From the NCBI RefSeq assembly GCF_009914755.1, contig NC_060937.1: a DNA stretch of 64,000 nt; one strand, given 5' to 3'. Origin of the DNA: the human T2T-CHM13v2.0 reference genome, Homo sapiens. The notes beneath the pieces are model-generated. The model ran no database searches. It was not told the origin of the DNA and worked only from the letters and a program-made list of their open reading frames with translations. A program made the translations under genes and the position numbers. Shown here one piece after another: positions 1 through 16,172 of this stretch. The first letter of the stretch is position 1, and every line of letters starts with the position of its first letter.

Positions 1-141
1 AGAAACTCTGAACACATCCGAACATCAGAAGGAACAAACTCCAGACATGCCACCTTTAAGAACTGTAACACTCACCTTGAAGGTCTGTAGCTTCATTCTT
101 GAAGTCAGTGAGACCAAGAGAACCCACCAATTCTGGACACA
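1..141 (+). mobile_element. LTR12 (HERV9) LTR, 3' end only; truncated by window start
   Basis: Ends in ...gaagtcagtgagaccaag...ccaccaattctggacaca, the LTR12 terminus; reverse complement of the starts of the LTRs at 2117 and 17888. Confidence 0.85.
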
Positions 142-227
142 ATCTTATACCACAGAACTGTAAGTTCTATTCTTCTTCCAATTTTACAAAACAGAAACAG
201 ACAAACAGAGGTAATTCTCTGAAAGAT

Positions 228-648
228 GTCTCTCTCAGTCCATTTCTGCTGCAATGTACCTTAGACTAGGTAATTTATAAAACAACAGACATGTATTGCT
301 AGTAGTTTTGGAGGCCAGAGGTCGAAGCTCAAGGCAGCAGTAGACTCGGTGGCTGCTGAGGGCCCATTCATCATAGATGGAGTCTTCTGTATGTCCTCAT
401 ATGGTAGCAGTAAACTCGGTGCCTGCTGAGGGCCCATTCATCATAGATGGAGTTTTCTCTATGTCCTCATATGGCAGAAGAAAGAAGCAAGCTCTCTCAG
501 ACCTTTTTATAAGGGTACTAAACCCATTCATGAAGGGTCCACCCTTATGACCTAGTCACCTCCTAGAGACCCCACCTCTTAATGTTATTGCATTGGGAAT
601 TAGGTTTCAATGTATGAATTTTGGAGGAATGCAAACATTCAGATCAGA
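228..648 (-). mobile_element. MaLR LTR (MLT1A/MST-like) with internal ~70-bp tandem duplication
   Basis: MaLR motifs (ggtaatttataa...tttggaggc; cccattcatga...ttaggtttcaatgtatgaattttgg); segment gtagactcggt...cctcatatgg occurs twice (~340-475). Confidence 0.7.
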
Positions 649-830
649 TCTGTTTGACCTCACAGCCAAAACTGGCAGTGGAATTTGCATGTTGCTCCTG
701 GAACATATCTAGTAATTTTCCATCTCTATACATTTTCTATGCTGTTTCCTCTATACTGAATGATCCATACTATCCGTTTAACTTTGTATCTTTAAAGGCT
801 TGTGTGTGTGCCCATCTATTTTGGTGAGGT

Positions 831-1259
831 TGTTACCAAAACGCCATGGGTTTGGTCTAGGTCCTGCTTGCTGCTCACTGCACAGAAAGCCAATCACTGA
901 GATGGTGAGTGTTTCCGGGGAAGAAGCTTTCATCCGGTGCTGCAGCTGAGGAGATGGGAGCTCAGCCTCAAATCCATCGCCCTGACTGACTAAAAATGGG
1001 GTTTTATACAACAGGCAAGAAATGTAACAATGTGTAGGAAACACGAACTAGGGAGGAACAAGGAGTCATCTGGTGGCCTCATCTGGTGAGTTTCAGTTCT
1101 TTAATGCTTTTTTTTTTTTTTTTTTTGAGAGGCCTGAAGGTCCTTTCCTGAGGAAAGAACTCAGATGAAACAAATACAAGTTTCAAGCTTTAAGAGCGGA
1201 AGAGTCAATGTCTATGTTTATACGAAAGAACACGCTATAGGAGTATTGGGCCGGCTTCA
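831..1259 (-). mobile_element. ERV1 solo LTR, MER57-like
   Basis: tgttacc...ttca termini; minus strand reads tgaagccggcccaat...ctgagttctttcctcaggaaa...gaactgaaactcaccagat as in recalled MER57 consensus. Confidence 0.65.
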
Positions 1260-2116
1260 GGGTCAGTAGGATCTATTCCAGAATTACAAACATCGTATAT
1301 AAACCCCTAAGTCTAACCAGTGTTTTGAGTTTTTCACTTATCTTATGTGTAGCCACCATGCATGTAACATTAAGACATCAATTACATGTGTATGCTTTTG
1401 CCTCTTGTTAATTTTTGTTGCTGTTGTTTTTTCAATTTAATTCACAGGCTCCAGCACAAAATGTAAGATGGGATAGGAAAAGCTTTTTTCCTACCCAACA
1501 GAATGCTGAAAATGTAAATATTTTTTCTTTGGTTTACAGTAATAAGGAGTGTGATTCCTTTTTTTTTTCTACCTCTTCTACTTCTACGTTTTATGAGCTC
1601 TGTAGCTTAGTGAGCTCCCAGGCTTATGAACACCCTGACACAGCTAGTCTTGAAATGTTGCCAGCATTGTAGGATTTGCATACTTAACATGCTACTTATA
1701 CTGCCATAAAGTATGTAAGGTGGAAAGGATATTGTCTTTTAGTGTGGGTACATAGAGCATGGCACGAGTTGTTGCCAGCCTCACATCACATCTGTCTTCT
1801 GATTTTATACTTTATATCCAGGATCATACAGTCAAGTTTAGACATTTTAAAAAATCTTATTTCTATATTACTAAACTATTCATGGAGCCAGACTCTTCTA
1901 AGTTACTCTGGGAAAATGCCTTAGGCCTTCCAAGGACACAAAATTTTCATTCTTATAAAAAGCATTTGGCTAGGAATCAGAAGACCTACATTTTCATTCA
2001 AGAACTGGTACTAGTTTGTGTTGTGATTTTAGGCAGATCCATTATTGTCTCTAAGCCACAATGTCCTGAACTCCAAAACCACAGCATTGGCCTAGATGGT
2101 TTCTTAGGCCTCTCTT

Positions 2117-3365
2117 TGTGTCGGGAATTGGTGAGTTCTTGGTCTCACTGACTTCAAGAATGAAGCCATGGACCCTCGCAGTGAGCATTACAGTTCTTAA
2201 AGGCGGTGTGTCCAGAGTTTGCTCCTTCCTCTTGTCTGGAGTTGTTCATTCCTCCTGGTGGGTTCGTGGTCTGGCTGGCTCAGGAATGAAGCTGTAGACC
2301 TTCGCGGTGAGTGTTAGAGCTCACAAAGGCAGTGTGGACCCAAAGAGTGAGCAGAAACAAGATTTATTGCAAAGAGCAAAACAACAAAGCTTCCACAGTG
2401 CAGAAGGGGACCCTAGCAGGTTACCACTGCTGGCTCAGGCAGCCTGCTTTTATTCCCTTATCTGGCCCCACCTACACCTTGCTGATTGGTCCATTTTACA
2501 GAGAGCTGATTTGTCTGTTTTACAGAGAGCTGATTGGTCCGTTTTGACAGGGTGCTGATTGGTGCATTTACAATCCCTGAGCTAGACGCAAAAGTTCTCC
2601 AAGTCCCCACTAGGTTAGCTAGACACAAAGCACTGATTGGTGCATTTACAAACCTTGAGCTAGACACAGGTTGCTGATTGGTGCATCCACAATCCCTTAG
2701 GTAGACACAAAGATTCTCCAAGTCCCCACTAGACGCAGGAGCCCAGCTGGCTTCACCTAGTGGATCCCGCACCTGGCCTCAGGTGGATCTGCCTGCCAGT
2801 CCCGCGCCATGCGCCTGCACTCCTCAGCCCTTGGGTGGTTGATGGGACTGGGAGCTGTGGAGCAGGTTGCAGTGCTCCTCGGGGAGGCTCAGGCCTTGTA
2901 GGAGCCCATGGCAGGGGGGAAGCTCAGGCATGGGAGGCTGCAAGTGCCAAGCCTTGCCCCACAGGGAGGCAGCTGAGGCCTGGCAAGAATTTGAGCGCAG
3001 CGCCAGTGGGCCAGCACTGCTGGAGGACTCAGTGCACCCCCTGCAGCTGCTGGCCCAGGTGCCAAGCCCCTCACTCTCTGGGGCCAGCGGTGCTGGCCAG
3101 TCGCTCCGAGTGCGGGTGCAATGCCCACAGCAGACCCGGTTCCCACCCGTGCACAGCAGCCCCTGTTCCCTCTGACGCCTCTCCCTCCACACCTGTCCAC
3201 AGCAGAGGGAGCTGGCTGTGGCCTCAGGCAGCCCAGAGAGGGGCCCCCACAGTGCAGCAGTAGGCTGAAGGGCTCCTCAAATGCGGCCAGAGTGGGCGCC
3301 GAGGCCAAGGAGGCACCAAGAGCCAGCCAGGGCTGCTAGGGCTGCCAGCACATTGTCACCTCTCA
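2117..3365 (-). mobile_element. LTR12 solo LTR (LTR12C-like, GC-rich U3)
   Basis: Termini tgtgtcgggaattgg...gtcacctctca; 4-bp TSD TCTT (2113-2116 and 3366-3369); repeated ctgattgg (CCAAT) boxes at 2480-2680. Confidence 0.92.
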
Positions 3366-5558
3366 TCTTTAATACAAATTTTGCTATATGCTCTAAGGCT
3401 ACAATTTTGTCTTGTTACTCTGGTAATAATACACTTTCAGGCAGTAACTTGAAAGAAAATTCCATTTTCATAAAGTCTCCGGAAAACTGGAGAAAGAGAG
3501 AATTTTATTTCAGTATTGTTGTCCTGTGGATTGGAATATGTTCTAACTCACATCATAATTCTTGAAACATTATAAAATATAAAAGCTTAAACTAATATGT
3601 TTAATTGACTCCAAGAGCATTAATGAAAAGTATATAAATAGGAATACAGATGTAGTAATAAAAGAGAATTATCAGTCACCCTTAATTTAAGTGGTGTCTC
3701 CTTAGCTTTTAGAAGGGTAATAGGTAAAGACTGTTGTGCTCAGAACACCAGAAATCTATTCGAACTAGGTGAAAATTTGCTAGTGAAGGTATTTGTGAAA
3801 ATAGAAATGCAGCTTATGTAAAACCTATTCACTTACATATGCCCACAAATACAGAAACATCTGAATGCTCAGTTTTAACATATTCCTCAGTAGGTTAAAG
3901 TGCTCTGGGCTTACTTGTCTCTTCCTCTTGACTTGGAGAGAAGAGAAGCCTTTGCTTTTACTCGGCATGAAGGAACCTCAGGATAGTCACATGTCAACTC
4001 TTAGATGCCTGAGAGCTTTGTAATGCAAATCAGGCTGCTCCTTTTTTCTTACCAGCAACTTAATTTGGGACAGGATTGATTGACTAGAAAGTTTGCTAAT
4101 CAGTTTGAAACAAAACTAGGCTGGGGGCCAATGGAAGTTTGCCAGAACCTCCCTTCCGAAGACAAGGTCAACAGCTGGTCTCACTTTGGAAATGCTTTTG
4201 CCCATTATCTTATCATTTGGTCCATTTTATATGGTCCACATCTCAAATTACAATGTTTATTTTGAAGGCACTCCAGAGAAAAGAAAGAAAAAAAGACACC
4301 ACACATGACTTAGAGAACAGATTTTATAATACTTTGAAAATGAGGTACCTCGTTGTAAATTTAAAATCCGCCTCCTGATTGTTTTAGAGTTGATAAGTAT
4401 ATTGACGGTTGTGAATGACTGCTGAGCTGTGGCTTTTGGGTGTAGCGGATGTGACAACCTTTGTTGGTGAAGCAAAGAAAACAAGTTTGATTTGACCAGG
4501 AGAACATATGAATTCCTGAACTGTTAAAAATAATAACTCTTGTTTGTGTCATTCTCCAAAGTTTTAAAATAAAATTAGATCATTGTGCCCAAACCAAAAA
4601 GTTCTGAAGTCATTGAAGTGACGGAATCATAGGATGCACTGCAGGGGCTGAAATTCCAAACCTTGTAGGGACAGGAAGGTAACGTGAATGTATGAATCGG
4701 ACTAAATGTGGATAGCAGGGAAGAGTGGGTTCTATGGAAAACTAGAAAGAATATGCTTCTAAGGATGTTCAAATTTGGATTTAGAAAACAAATACCAAGC
4801 CTGCAAAACAAGAGACCTGGAATAAATTATCAGCTTTGAAAAAATCAGAGTTTGAAAAAATATATTAATTCTTATTTCAGAGACATCCATGTAATTTAGT
4901 GTCTTTCACAAGGCAGACAAAAAGAGCTTAGGAGAGAGAGACAAAGGAAAATAGAAACAAACAAAAGGTGTTAAGCTTCTAAAAAACAGGCAGTGTGTTG
5001 GGCTTTGAACATATAGAATAGCATGAATTCTCACCATGACTACCTGCAGTAGCCAGTATTATTCCCACTTCATGGATGAAAGATTCAATCTTAGAGAGTT
5101 TACGTAACTTATAACAGCAGAAAAGCAAGATTTTAATTACAAATCCTATGTTCTCTTCTCTATACTAAATGTATGAACTCAAGCAAGTTATTTATCCTCT
5201 TTATTCTTCATGTTTTAATGGGCATAATAATGGTTTATTCACTAGAATATTTTAAGAATTAAAAAAGTTAATAATTGTAAAAATTCTCACAGAATTTTTT
5301 TTATGTTTGTTGAATATGAAAGTATGATAATTACTTTTGTTGAGCAACTATCAGCATAGCAGATGTTTAAACTGTTTCTGCAGAGGGATTTGGGCAAGAC
5401 ACCTTTTATTCTTATACCTGGGTTTTATTGTGAAGTTATATCCAGTTAAGCTTGCAAGAATTTGGAGTGCAGCCTGCAGTTGTATGATGGCTGAGGAATA
5501 CAGGAACATTGTGGTTACTGTAAACATGAGAGTAATAACTGCAAACTAAGGAATAACA

Positions 5559-6113
5559 GTATATCAATCAGGATCCTCCAAAGAAACAGAAGTGTGTGTG
5601 TGTGTGTGTGTGTGTAGAGAGATTAATTGTAGGGAATTGGCTTCCACAATTATAGAGGCTGAGAAGTCCTGTGATCTCTAGTTGGCAAGCTGAAGCCTGG
5701 AGACCTTGCAGAGCTGATGGTATAGTTCCAGCCTGTCTGAAGGCCTGAGAAACTGGAGGGCTGATGGTGTGATTTACAGTTCAAAAGCCAGTGCGCTCAA
5801 GACCCAGAAGATCTAATGTTTCCATTTGAGTCAGAAGCCAGGAAAAGACTGGTGATGTTCCAGCTCAAGCAGCCGGGCAGAAGGAGTTCCCTTGTTCCAC
5901 AAGAGGGCCAGACATTTTGTTTTATTCAGGCCTTCAGTTGGTTGGATAAGATTCACCTACATTAGGAGGACAATTGGCTTTACTCTATAAATTTAAATGT
6001 TAGTCTCCTCCTGAAACTCTCACAGCCCTCACAGACATACCAAGAATAATGTTTGGCTTAATATCTGGGCACCCTGTAGCCCAGTCAAGTTGACACATAA
6101 AAGTAATCATCAC
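5559..6113 (-). mobile_element. MLT2 (ERVL) LTR
   Basis: ctccaaagaaacagaa(GT)n start, tattcaggccttcag, and gttgacacataaaagtaatcatcaca end; similar to copies at 28.5 kb and 36.2 kb. Confidence 0.75.
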
Positions 6114-6751
6114 ATATGGTAATATGTAATAGGATAAACTGTAATGAGTTAGGAAATGGTCTGATGTTAACAAAATAATAAAGAAAGCAAATGTGTTGAA
6201 TGCCTATGGGAACTTGTAACGAGATAGTCATGCACATGGTGAAGAAATTTGTTAGCTGAAGAAGTTCAATACACTGGCTCCTCCAAGATAACTTTCCCAC
6301 AGAAAACTTTGGGAGCTACTCAGGTATTGCATCCTCTGGGAGTAATTAACTATTCACTAACAGAAGGTTTGCGTGTAACCAGCAACAGCAGGTAAAATTT
6401 CAGGTGCTTCTATCAAAGAACTAGAGAGATAGCTCAGCCACTGCTAGATCCTGTGCAAAGATCCCTGGAGAATGCACCTTCCCTGAGGGATGATGTGACA
6501 CTTACAATATACACTGATGTATATTGTATATGTTTTATTGAGTTGGAGCCAGATGGGGTCTATTTACTCCCAGTTGATTTTCAGGATCATCATTTTTATA
6601 TATTCTCAACAAACCTGTCCCTCTCTCTCCTCATGGTAACCACCTGGCACAACTCTATCCCTTGTAAATCCAGCTCTCCACAGAGCTGAGTGTGGCTGGA
6701 GAAGCCCACAGTGACGCTGATTGCTCTTCCCTTACATTTGTGATCACTAAC

Positions 6752-7003
6752 CGGGGCTGGCTGCCTGATTTGCAGGGCCCAGGGCAAAATGAAAGTGTGC
6801 GGCTGTTAATTCAGAAGACATTTTAAAAAAGCCTCATTAAATGCACTAAAATCTAAGGTGTTTTCATTTTAAAAATAATTTGTGACTTATAAACCATAAA
6901 ACAGGCAACAGTGACACACGAGAAATAACATAAACTTACAAATTGCAAAAATTATGTGTGACTCCACAGTCACACACATTAAGCCACCAATGCAGCTGGC
7001 CCT
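6752..7003. mobile_element. hAT DNA transposon fossil (MER45-like) inside L2
   Basis: Terminal inverted repeats cggggctggctgc... and ...gcagctggccctg; gcagggcccagggcaaaatgaaa motif. Confidence 0.55.
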
Positions 7004-7079
7004 GTCGCTAACCGCTAGTAGGCTCCTAGCACACCTGCCATTCCAATGCCTTCCCTCGCTCATTCATGTTTCTGGGAGG

Positions 7080-8690
7080 CTCCTTCAGATTCTCTCTCCT
7101 CTTAAGCCTCTAATGTTTTCTCTCCCATCCTCACTCTCAGTTAATGACTTTGGGGTATATGTCACTGAAAGAAAAACAAATTTAAGCCAAAACCAGAATA
7201 AGATGAGAGCTTCTGCAAACTGCTACTTCCTCATCACCCCCCACCTGGCTCTATGTCCAAACACTGTCTTCCTTTTTGTTACCCATAAGTTAAACTGGAG
7301 CACTAAATCCCAATGTCTCTCTCGAATTTCAGCAATTCTCCTTCTACCTCCCACAATGTCGACTTTTCTGTCTCTACTGGAGTGTTCCTATCAACATGCA
7401 CAGTTGAATTTTCCCATCTGGCATTACCTGTCCTGATCTTATGTTCCTTTCAAACTACTGCACTATTTCTGCTTTCTTCAGAGTGAAATTCTTTGAAAGT
7501 GTTTTCATATTTACCATCTCCAATTTTTGTCTTCATTCTTCCTCTTAGATCCACTAGGTCTGACAGTTTCCTCTGTCCTTTCACAGAAATTGCTCATTTC
7601 AAAATGTGAATATCTTCCATGTTGTTACAGCCCATGATCGATTCTTAACCCTCTTCTCACTTAGCCATGAATAGCATTTACACAGCTGGTTGTTGCCTGA
7701 CCCTCAAACACTTTCTCACTTGGCTCCATGACCCCACAGGCTTCTTGGCTTCCTTCCTTCATCTTTGGCCTCATTTCTCCCTCTGCTTTGCTGGTTCCTG
7801 CTGTTCATCCTGTCCTTTACACACTGCAACAACTTAGGGGCTAGTCCTCTGACATCTTCTCTACCCGCATGTACTCCCTTAGGGATTTCAAACAGTCTCA
7901 TAGCTTTAAGCACCATCCATACACTGACGACTCCCAGATTCAAAGGTTTAGTCCAGACCTTACCCTTGAACTCCAAATGGGTATACCCACGTACCTAGGA
8001 GATAATCCTTACACTCCCTTCTTTCTCCACTATGCTTAATTTAATCTGTCAGAACGTCTGTGATTCTATCTTCCAAATAGATCCATAACCTGACCCCTCT
8101 TCACCACTCATCTTGCTACTCCTGGTCCAAGTCACCTCCACCTTGCACTTGGATTATGGCAACAGTCTCTTAACTGTTCTCCGTCTTCCATTGGCTCTTC
8201 TTAGTCTTCTATTCATTACATAGGGATCCTGTTAAAAGACAGGTCTGGTAATATCAGTCCTTTGTAAACATGTCCAATGGCTTCTCACCACAATCAGTAA
8301 AAACCAAAAACCCTCCATCTGGTGGCCCCCAGCCCCTTCCTCCTCCACCTCACATGTGCTTCCTTTGCTCACCCTCTCTTGACTGCTTGCTGCTCTTCAA
8401 ACATGTTAGGTTATGCTCCTTCCTCTAGGCCTCTGTCTGCAACATCCTTTCTCCAACATCTTTGTGGGTGGCTCTCTCACTTTTACAGGTCTTGCTCATG
8501 GGCCTTCTGGCAAGCCCTTCCCTGATCACCATGCTTGCATGGCAGGCTGGCACTCTGTCTGCCCTGTTTAGTTTTCTTCATGAGAACAGAAAGTCCTGTT
8601 TGTCTTCTTTACTGCTTTATGACCAGGGCCTAGAAGCACTTGGCACAACTAGGCATTCAGTACAGATTTATTAATTGAATGACTAAATAG
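7080..8690 (+). mobile_element. Degenerate LINE-2 3' region
   Basis: C/T-rich L2-like ORF2 remnants ending in the L2 tail (ttggcacaactaggcattcagtacagatttattaattgaatga). Confidence 0.6.
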
Positions 8691-11382
8691 CAGTTGTGAA
8701 TCAGAACACAATGGAATCTATATCTCCAAAACTTTGTGATGAATAAAACTGGCTAAAATATGAGAATTTTATGTAACTTAGTCACATATCATAAGATTTT
8801 CTAAGTAGAATTCATACTTGGTTGTATGTCCTAAGATCTTTTTAGGGAGGTTTCCTCTTTCTAAGGGGATTCAAAGATATCAGTGAAACCTGAAAATTGT
8901 CTTGGGTTAAGTAGTGCATTGTGGAGTACCAAATGGCATGAAAGAACAAAACTGCTGTCATTGTGACTGCCATAGTCAATGTCAATGTTGGATATGACTG
9001 CATGAGCTGACAGCCCCTGGAGCATGTGAAATATATGAAATGCACACTGGACATAACAGAGCATTTTTGCAGGGAGCTGGACCAACTCTTTTATATGACT
9101 AAGATGCTATTTGCAATTTATATAAAGGAAAAAAGCAAATATGCTCCATGCAGTGCCTAAAAGAGCCCTAGTGGCTTCCGGGTAGAAAGCCATCCCACTT
9201 CTCTTCAGCAGAGCATGAAATCAACCTACTACCTTTTATCAGGTTACTTACATAAAGGAATTGTGCCTATTAATAAAACATCATGCATCTTATTTCTCCA
9301 AGAGCAATGATAACCAAACTCTCCTTTCCCGTTCCCTCTTCCTTCCTTCTCTGGGGTCACTTTTTGCTGCCCTGTGTTCTGTTCAGCATGCATTGGCCAT
9401 GAGGATCAGATTGTTAGTCCAGATGACTTTGAAGTAGTTTTTCTTATGGTAAGGTTTTCTCCTAAGTCTGTAGCATAGAATCCTTGTTTTTGGGTTGATC
9501 CATGCTTAACCTGAAGATGATAGAATGCAAATTCTGCTTTATATTTGTGTATATAAATATTGCATCAGTCACATGTCCATTTTGGTGGCAACATCGTCTG
9601 TGGTTTTCTTAGCTGCCCTGGGATTGAATTTGCTTAATCATGTTCCCTTTTCTTTCAGGTTGTGCTTGGCTTCTTGCTGCCCACACCTACTCCATGATTT
9701 CATGCTAATTTCTGCCCTTCTTCTCAGTTAGTGAAAGCTTCCCCGCACTCATTATCAGCACACTTGAATGTCCACTTAGTGTCAGACATACAATTTTTAA
9801 AGTGAGAATTTCGTCCAGGACTTTTACAAAGCCTCTCATGTGGCCACTGACTGCAGTTAAAAAACTAGCCTGTTAGAATGGTCACCTTGACATCATAGTC
9901 CAAAAGTGTCCCAATAATGGATGTGCCAAAAAATTCTGAAACCATCATAGGAGTTAAAAAATGAGAACACCAGCCCACAAAGAATGGTATCACCCAAACA
10001 TTTGGACCAAGTCCACAGTTTTTATATTTTTGTGCCACATAGCATAGACAGCCTAATATATTTAAAGTAACACTTAAAATGTACTTTAGGGATTCAAATT
10101 TTAGCTGCTTGTTTCTATTTGCTAATACAGAACATAAATTTTGAAAAAATAAACTTTTAATTGAAAATTTTACAAAAAGTAAAATAAAAAACTGCTTATA
10201 TTTCCATCCAAGGGAAAGAAGATACACATAGTAAATACTTTAAAAGTATGTATATTCTTTCACCCACTTTTAGGATTTATCCTAAGTATAACTAGCTGTT
10301 TTATAAAGATGTTCATCATCATTATTTAGAGTAAGAAAAAATGAACCTAAATGTTGACAGATAAAATTCACGGAGTGAGCTATGGTGCATGCACACAGTG
10401 GGGAATTATGCAGGACTGAACACTATGTTTAAAAGCATTTTTAATGGCATGTCAAACACTTATTCTAATATGGAAAATACAGTGACTTCGTGGATATACA
10501 AAAACATCCTCATTTTTGTGTAATCGTGTATCATATATGATCCTAAGTACGTAATACTAAACATGAGAAAAAATGCTTGCTAAAAACAGACCAAAATGTA
10601 GAGGGCTGCCACTGTGTGGTGTGATCGGGTGACTTTTTGCCTTTTAATTTATATTTTGTTGGCACAGAACATTGTTCTCATGTGCCCGAAGAGATTTAAA
10701 GATGATCTTGAGATGATTAGCCTCCTCTCAGAGTCCTGCCGGGGTAGATAACAGGGAAGATTGGGGCAGGTCAGAGGTGACTCTGGGACGTTTGTGCTTG
10801 GTGCCCTGCTGCAAGGGACAGCAGCTCTGCAGCTCCAGCCCACTGTTTGTCACAGGTCCTTGGTGACTGTCTTACCAGTTATTTTCAAATTCAAGATAAA
10901 ATGGAGATACAGACTTTCACATAAAACTTTCTACATTTAACTACCAGCAATTACATTTTTTGTCATAAAACAAAGGGTAGGTCAAACAAAACGTCTTAAG
11001 AGTAAATCTGTCTACAATGTGTTCAGGAAACGAACACAGGTCAGGTTTATGTGGAAGATATCCAGGGCGTAGCATATCTGCTGGAAGCATTTCAGTCATG
11101 AGCACAGCTGGGTATTGGCCGTGAACCTGGTGTGCATTGAATACACATCCCCGTGGCCCCTACAGTACATGCCCTGTGGATAGTTTATTAGGTTTCCTTT
11201 ATTCCCTTCATCTATTCTTCCCTTTCCTTTCTTCCTTCCTCTTTTTTTGCCTCCCTCTCTCTCTTCCTGTCTTTATTAAATATGTGGGATGCAGATTTGA
11301 TGAATATGTCAATCAAAGATCACCAAGAAGTCTTAAAACAGGTAAACCACAGAAAACAGTCAGGATCAGAATAAGAACAGTT

Positions 11383-12364
<982 letters not shown>

Positions 12365-12904
12365 TTCAGGCTCCTTTCTGAGCTGATTATGTAGCTGAGC
12401 ACGTTGAACGTCATGTGATTGAGAACCTGCCCCTTCCAGCCTTCATCTCTTCCATTAGCTTCCCTAAACCATTCATTTTTTAGGGCATTATTTTCTATCA
12501 AATACAAACACCAGTGGAAGAGAGAACACATGAAGCCATTAGTAGTTTAATGCCTTAATGTGAATAAATTTACTTCATTTCAATTTGAGAGTCCATGGGG
12601 TCACAAAGGAGATGAAAGAGAAAGTACAAGAGCCAGACATAAGGTTGGAAAGAACCCTGTCCCCAGTGAAAGGCCAATTTTTTCTTTCACAGCATCATCT
12701 TGGAACAACCTGCTTTCTGGATTCTTAGCTCACAAGTTTGAAAAGGAGCCATTCCCTGATCTATTTTAATTGCTTATCTTCAAAAACTATCTGAACTAAG
12801 GTACCCTGTGGCTACTACCTTCCAATTTAGGACTCAGGTTTCCAGGAAAAGAAAAGAGTTACAACTACTAATAAAAGTCAGTCAAAGTAACTGCTCCTCT
12901 TTGA

Positions 12905-13128
12905 AAGTTTCAGCTCTTATTTTAGATATGGGGGTTCACATGCAGGTGTGTTACATGGGTGTATTACACCCAGCTAGTGAGTATTGTACCCCTGGGTAGT
13001 TTTTCAATGCATGCCCCTCCCTTCTTTGCCCCCCGCAGTCCACAGCGCCTGTTGTTCCCATGTGTACGTCCATGTGTGCTCAATGCATAGCTTGGAGCTC
13101 CCACCTATAACTGAGAACATGCAATGTT
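12905..13128 (-). mobile_element. L1P 3'UTR fragment
   Basis: catgcaggtgtgttacatgggt...ctcccacctataactgagaacatgc is the antisense of a primate L1 3' end. Confidence 0.7.
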
Positions 13129-14892
13129 TAAATCCCACTAATTTCTATGAAAAAGTATTTCTGTTGATAACCCTGCAGGAAGCTCTTTATTAATGTCTTC
13201 ATCCTTTAAACCTACTTAGCCCTATGCTGCTTTAGTCACCTGTACTTTTTTAAAAAACTATTTTTTTCTCTCATTCTGACTTACTTATCCTTACATGCAT
13301 TGCTATTTCTTCATTCCTAAGGAAGTACGCATTCGATTTAAGCATCTGTGCTAAGACATCCTTGGAAATTAAATTCTAGTCTTTTTTAATGGGGCAAAAT
13401 GGAAATATAATCTCAGGTAATGCTTTCCAGTTCAGCTTACTGCTGGTTTTTGCAGATGGAATTATAAACATACTTAATCAGAGGGAAATTCCAATAAACT
13501 TTAGCCACAGTATATTCGTGCCTTTGCATGGGAAGAGTTGATCTCTCCTCAAGCTAGCTGCAGCCTGCGTCTTCTGAGGGAAGAGCTGTCTTCACTTGCG
13601 TGGGATGAATTTGAGAGATCACTGGCCTTGCCGTCTGAGAGTGCGGTCCCTGAGCTGGGAGGATTCTGCCGAGATTAGGTCATGCAATCAGCCTGAGGTG
13701 CCACCATGGGGGTGAGCTCAAATTATAGTTTTGGGACCATGCCTGAGTTTAGTCAGCAAAAGTAATTCACACCAGAGGGGGAATGTGCAAGAGGTCAATA
13801 ACAGAATGAGAAATCAGGGGCAGGGAAAATGCAGGTTGTGAAAGACGATGAAGTGATGATTAGAGGCAGGCTAGGGTGGCCTACCAATGGTGAAGTCCTG
13901 GGAGTGAAGAAGACGTTTGCTTCATAAATAAAGCAAGCCTTCTGTGCTGCAGGAGAATCAACTGTTGAGAGGGGTGAATGGATGCAGAGTAGTTTCCCTG
14001 TTACCACGTCCAAACAGATGTTTATTTGCTGGTAACTGCCATTTCAAAAATACCACCGGAATACTCATTATTTAAATGTTTTTGTTACACCACAACTTTG
14101 GAAAACATCTCTAAGCCAGGCATATAAGCCAAGGTTACATAGTATGTCAGGAAAGGTATAACCATTAAATTAATTAACTGTGTTTTGTCTATGATTTTTA
14201 AGAAAAAAATCTATATTTTCTGCGAGTAGTGAGCAATACTTATCAATTGGTTAGTCACTTGTGTCTGCGAGTTTCATCACCAGCATGATCGGAAAGGTAT
14301 CTCCCCTCAGCTTCATTTGCAAGGAGGCCTGAGTCGCTCTCAGCCTCCCCCATTTCTGCGCTGCAGCTTCTGGGGAGCCCCTGACACCACAGACCCCAGA
14401 GCAGCCCCTGCCGACAGCGTGCCTGCTCCGGACAATCCCGAGCTAAGGATCTGTTAGTATTAACTGGGATTTTCTGTCTCGTATAATGCATGGAGCAGTG
14501 TTTCTTAAATTCATTCTTAAGGAATGAATTTGTGAAGAAAATGCACAGCTGCCCCAAACACTGTAGGCACTGAACGAGCACTCATGGCTTCTCTCTTTGC
14601 AGAAATCTCTGTGGACTCTCCTGTTCGTGGGAGGAGTGCCTTTTTCTAGGGTGCAGTGGCTTCCTCTCCATGCTCAGCTCGCACACTCCCGGCTCTGCCT
14701 CTGCCCTCCGGCCACCGGTCCCCCAGTCGTGCCACATCCCTGCTGCCTGAGGGGATGCTTGCACGGCTCCCTCTGCCGGGACTTTCCACCTATATGCTCG
14801 GCCTTGACCCCTCACTCACATACCCTTTTCTTCACAACTCTTTCCTGACTCTCAACACCATCCTACACTCACAGAGTACTGCATGCCTTTCT

Positions 14893-16172
<1,280 letters not shown>

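Noticed and set aside
2307-3565. Cluster of overlapping 80-170-aa ORFs (also at 17828-18921)
   Set aside because: They fall within GC-rich LTR12 sequence; no gag/pol/env similarity.
11295-11341. Possible plus-strand exon (gcag|...CAG|gtaaac)
   Set aside because: Isolated; no recognisable peptide in any frame and no partner exons.
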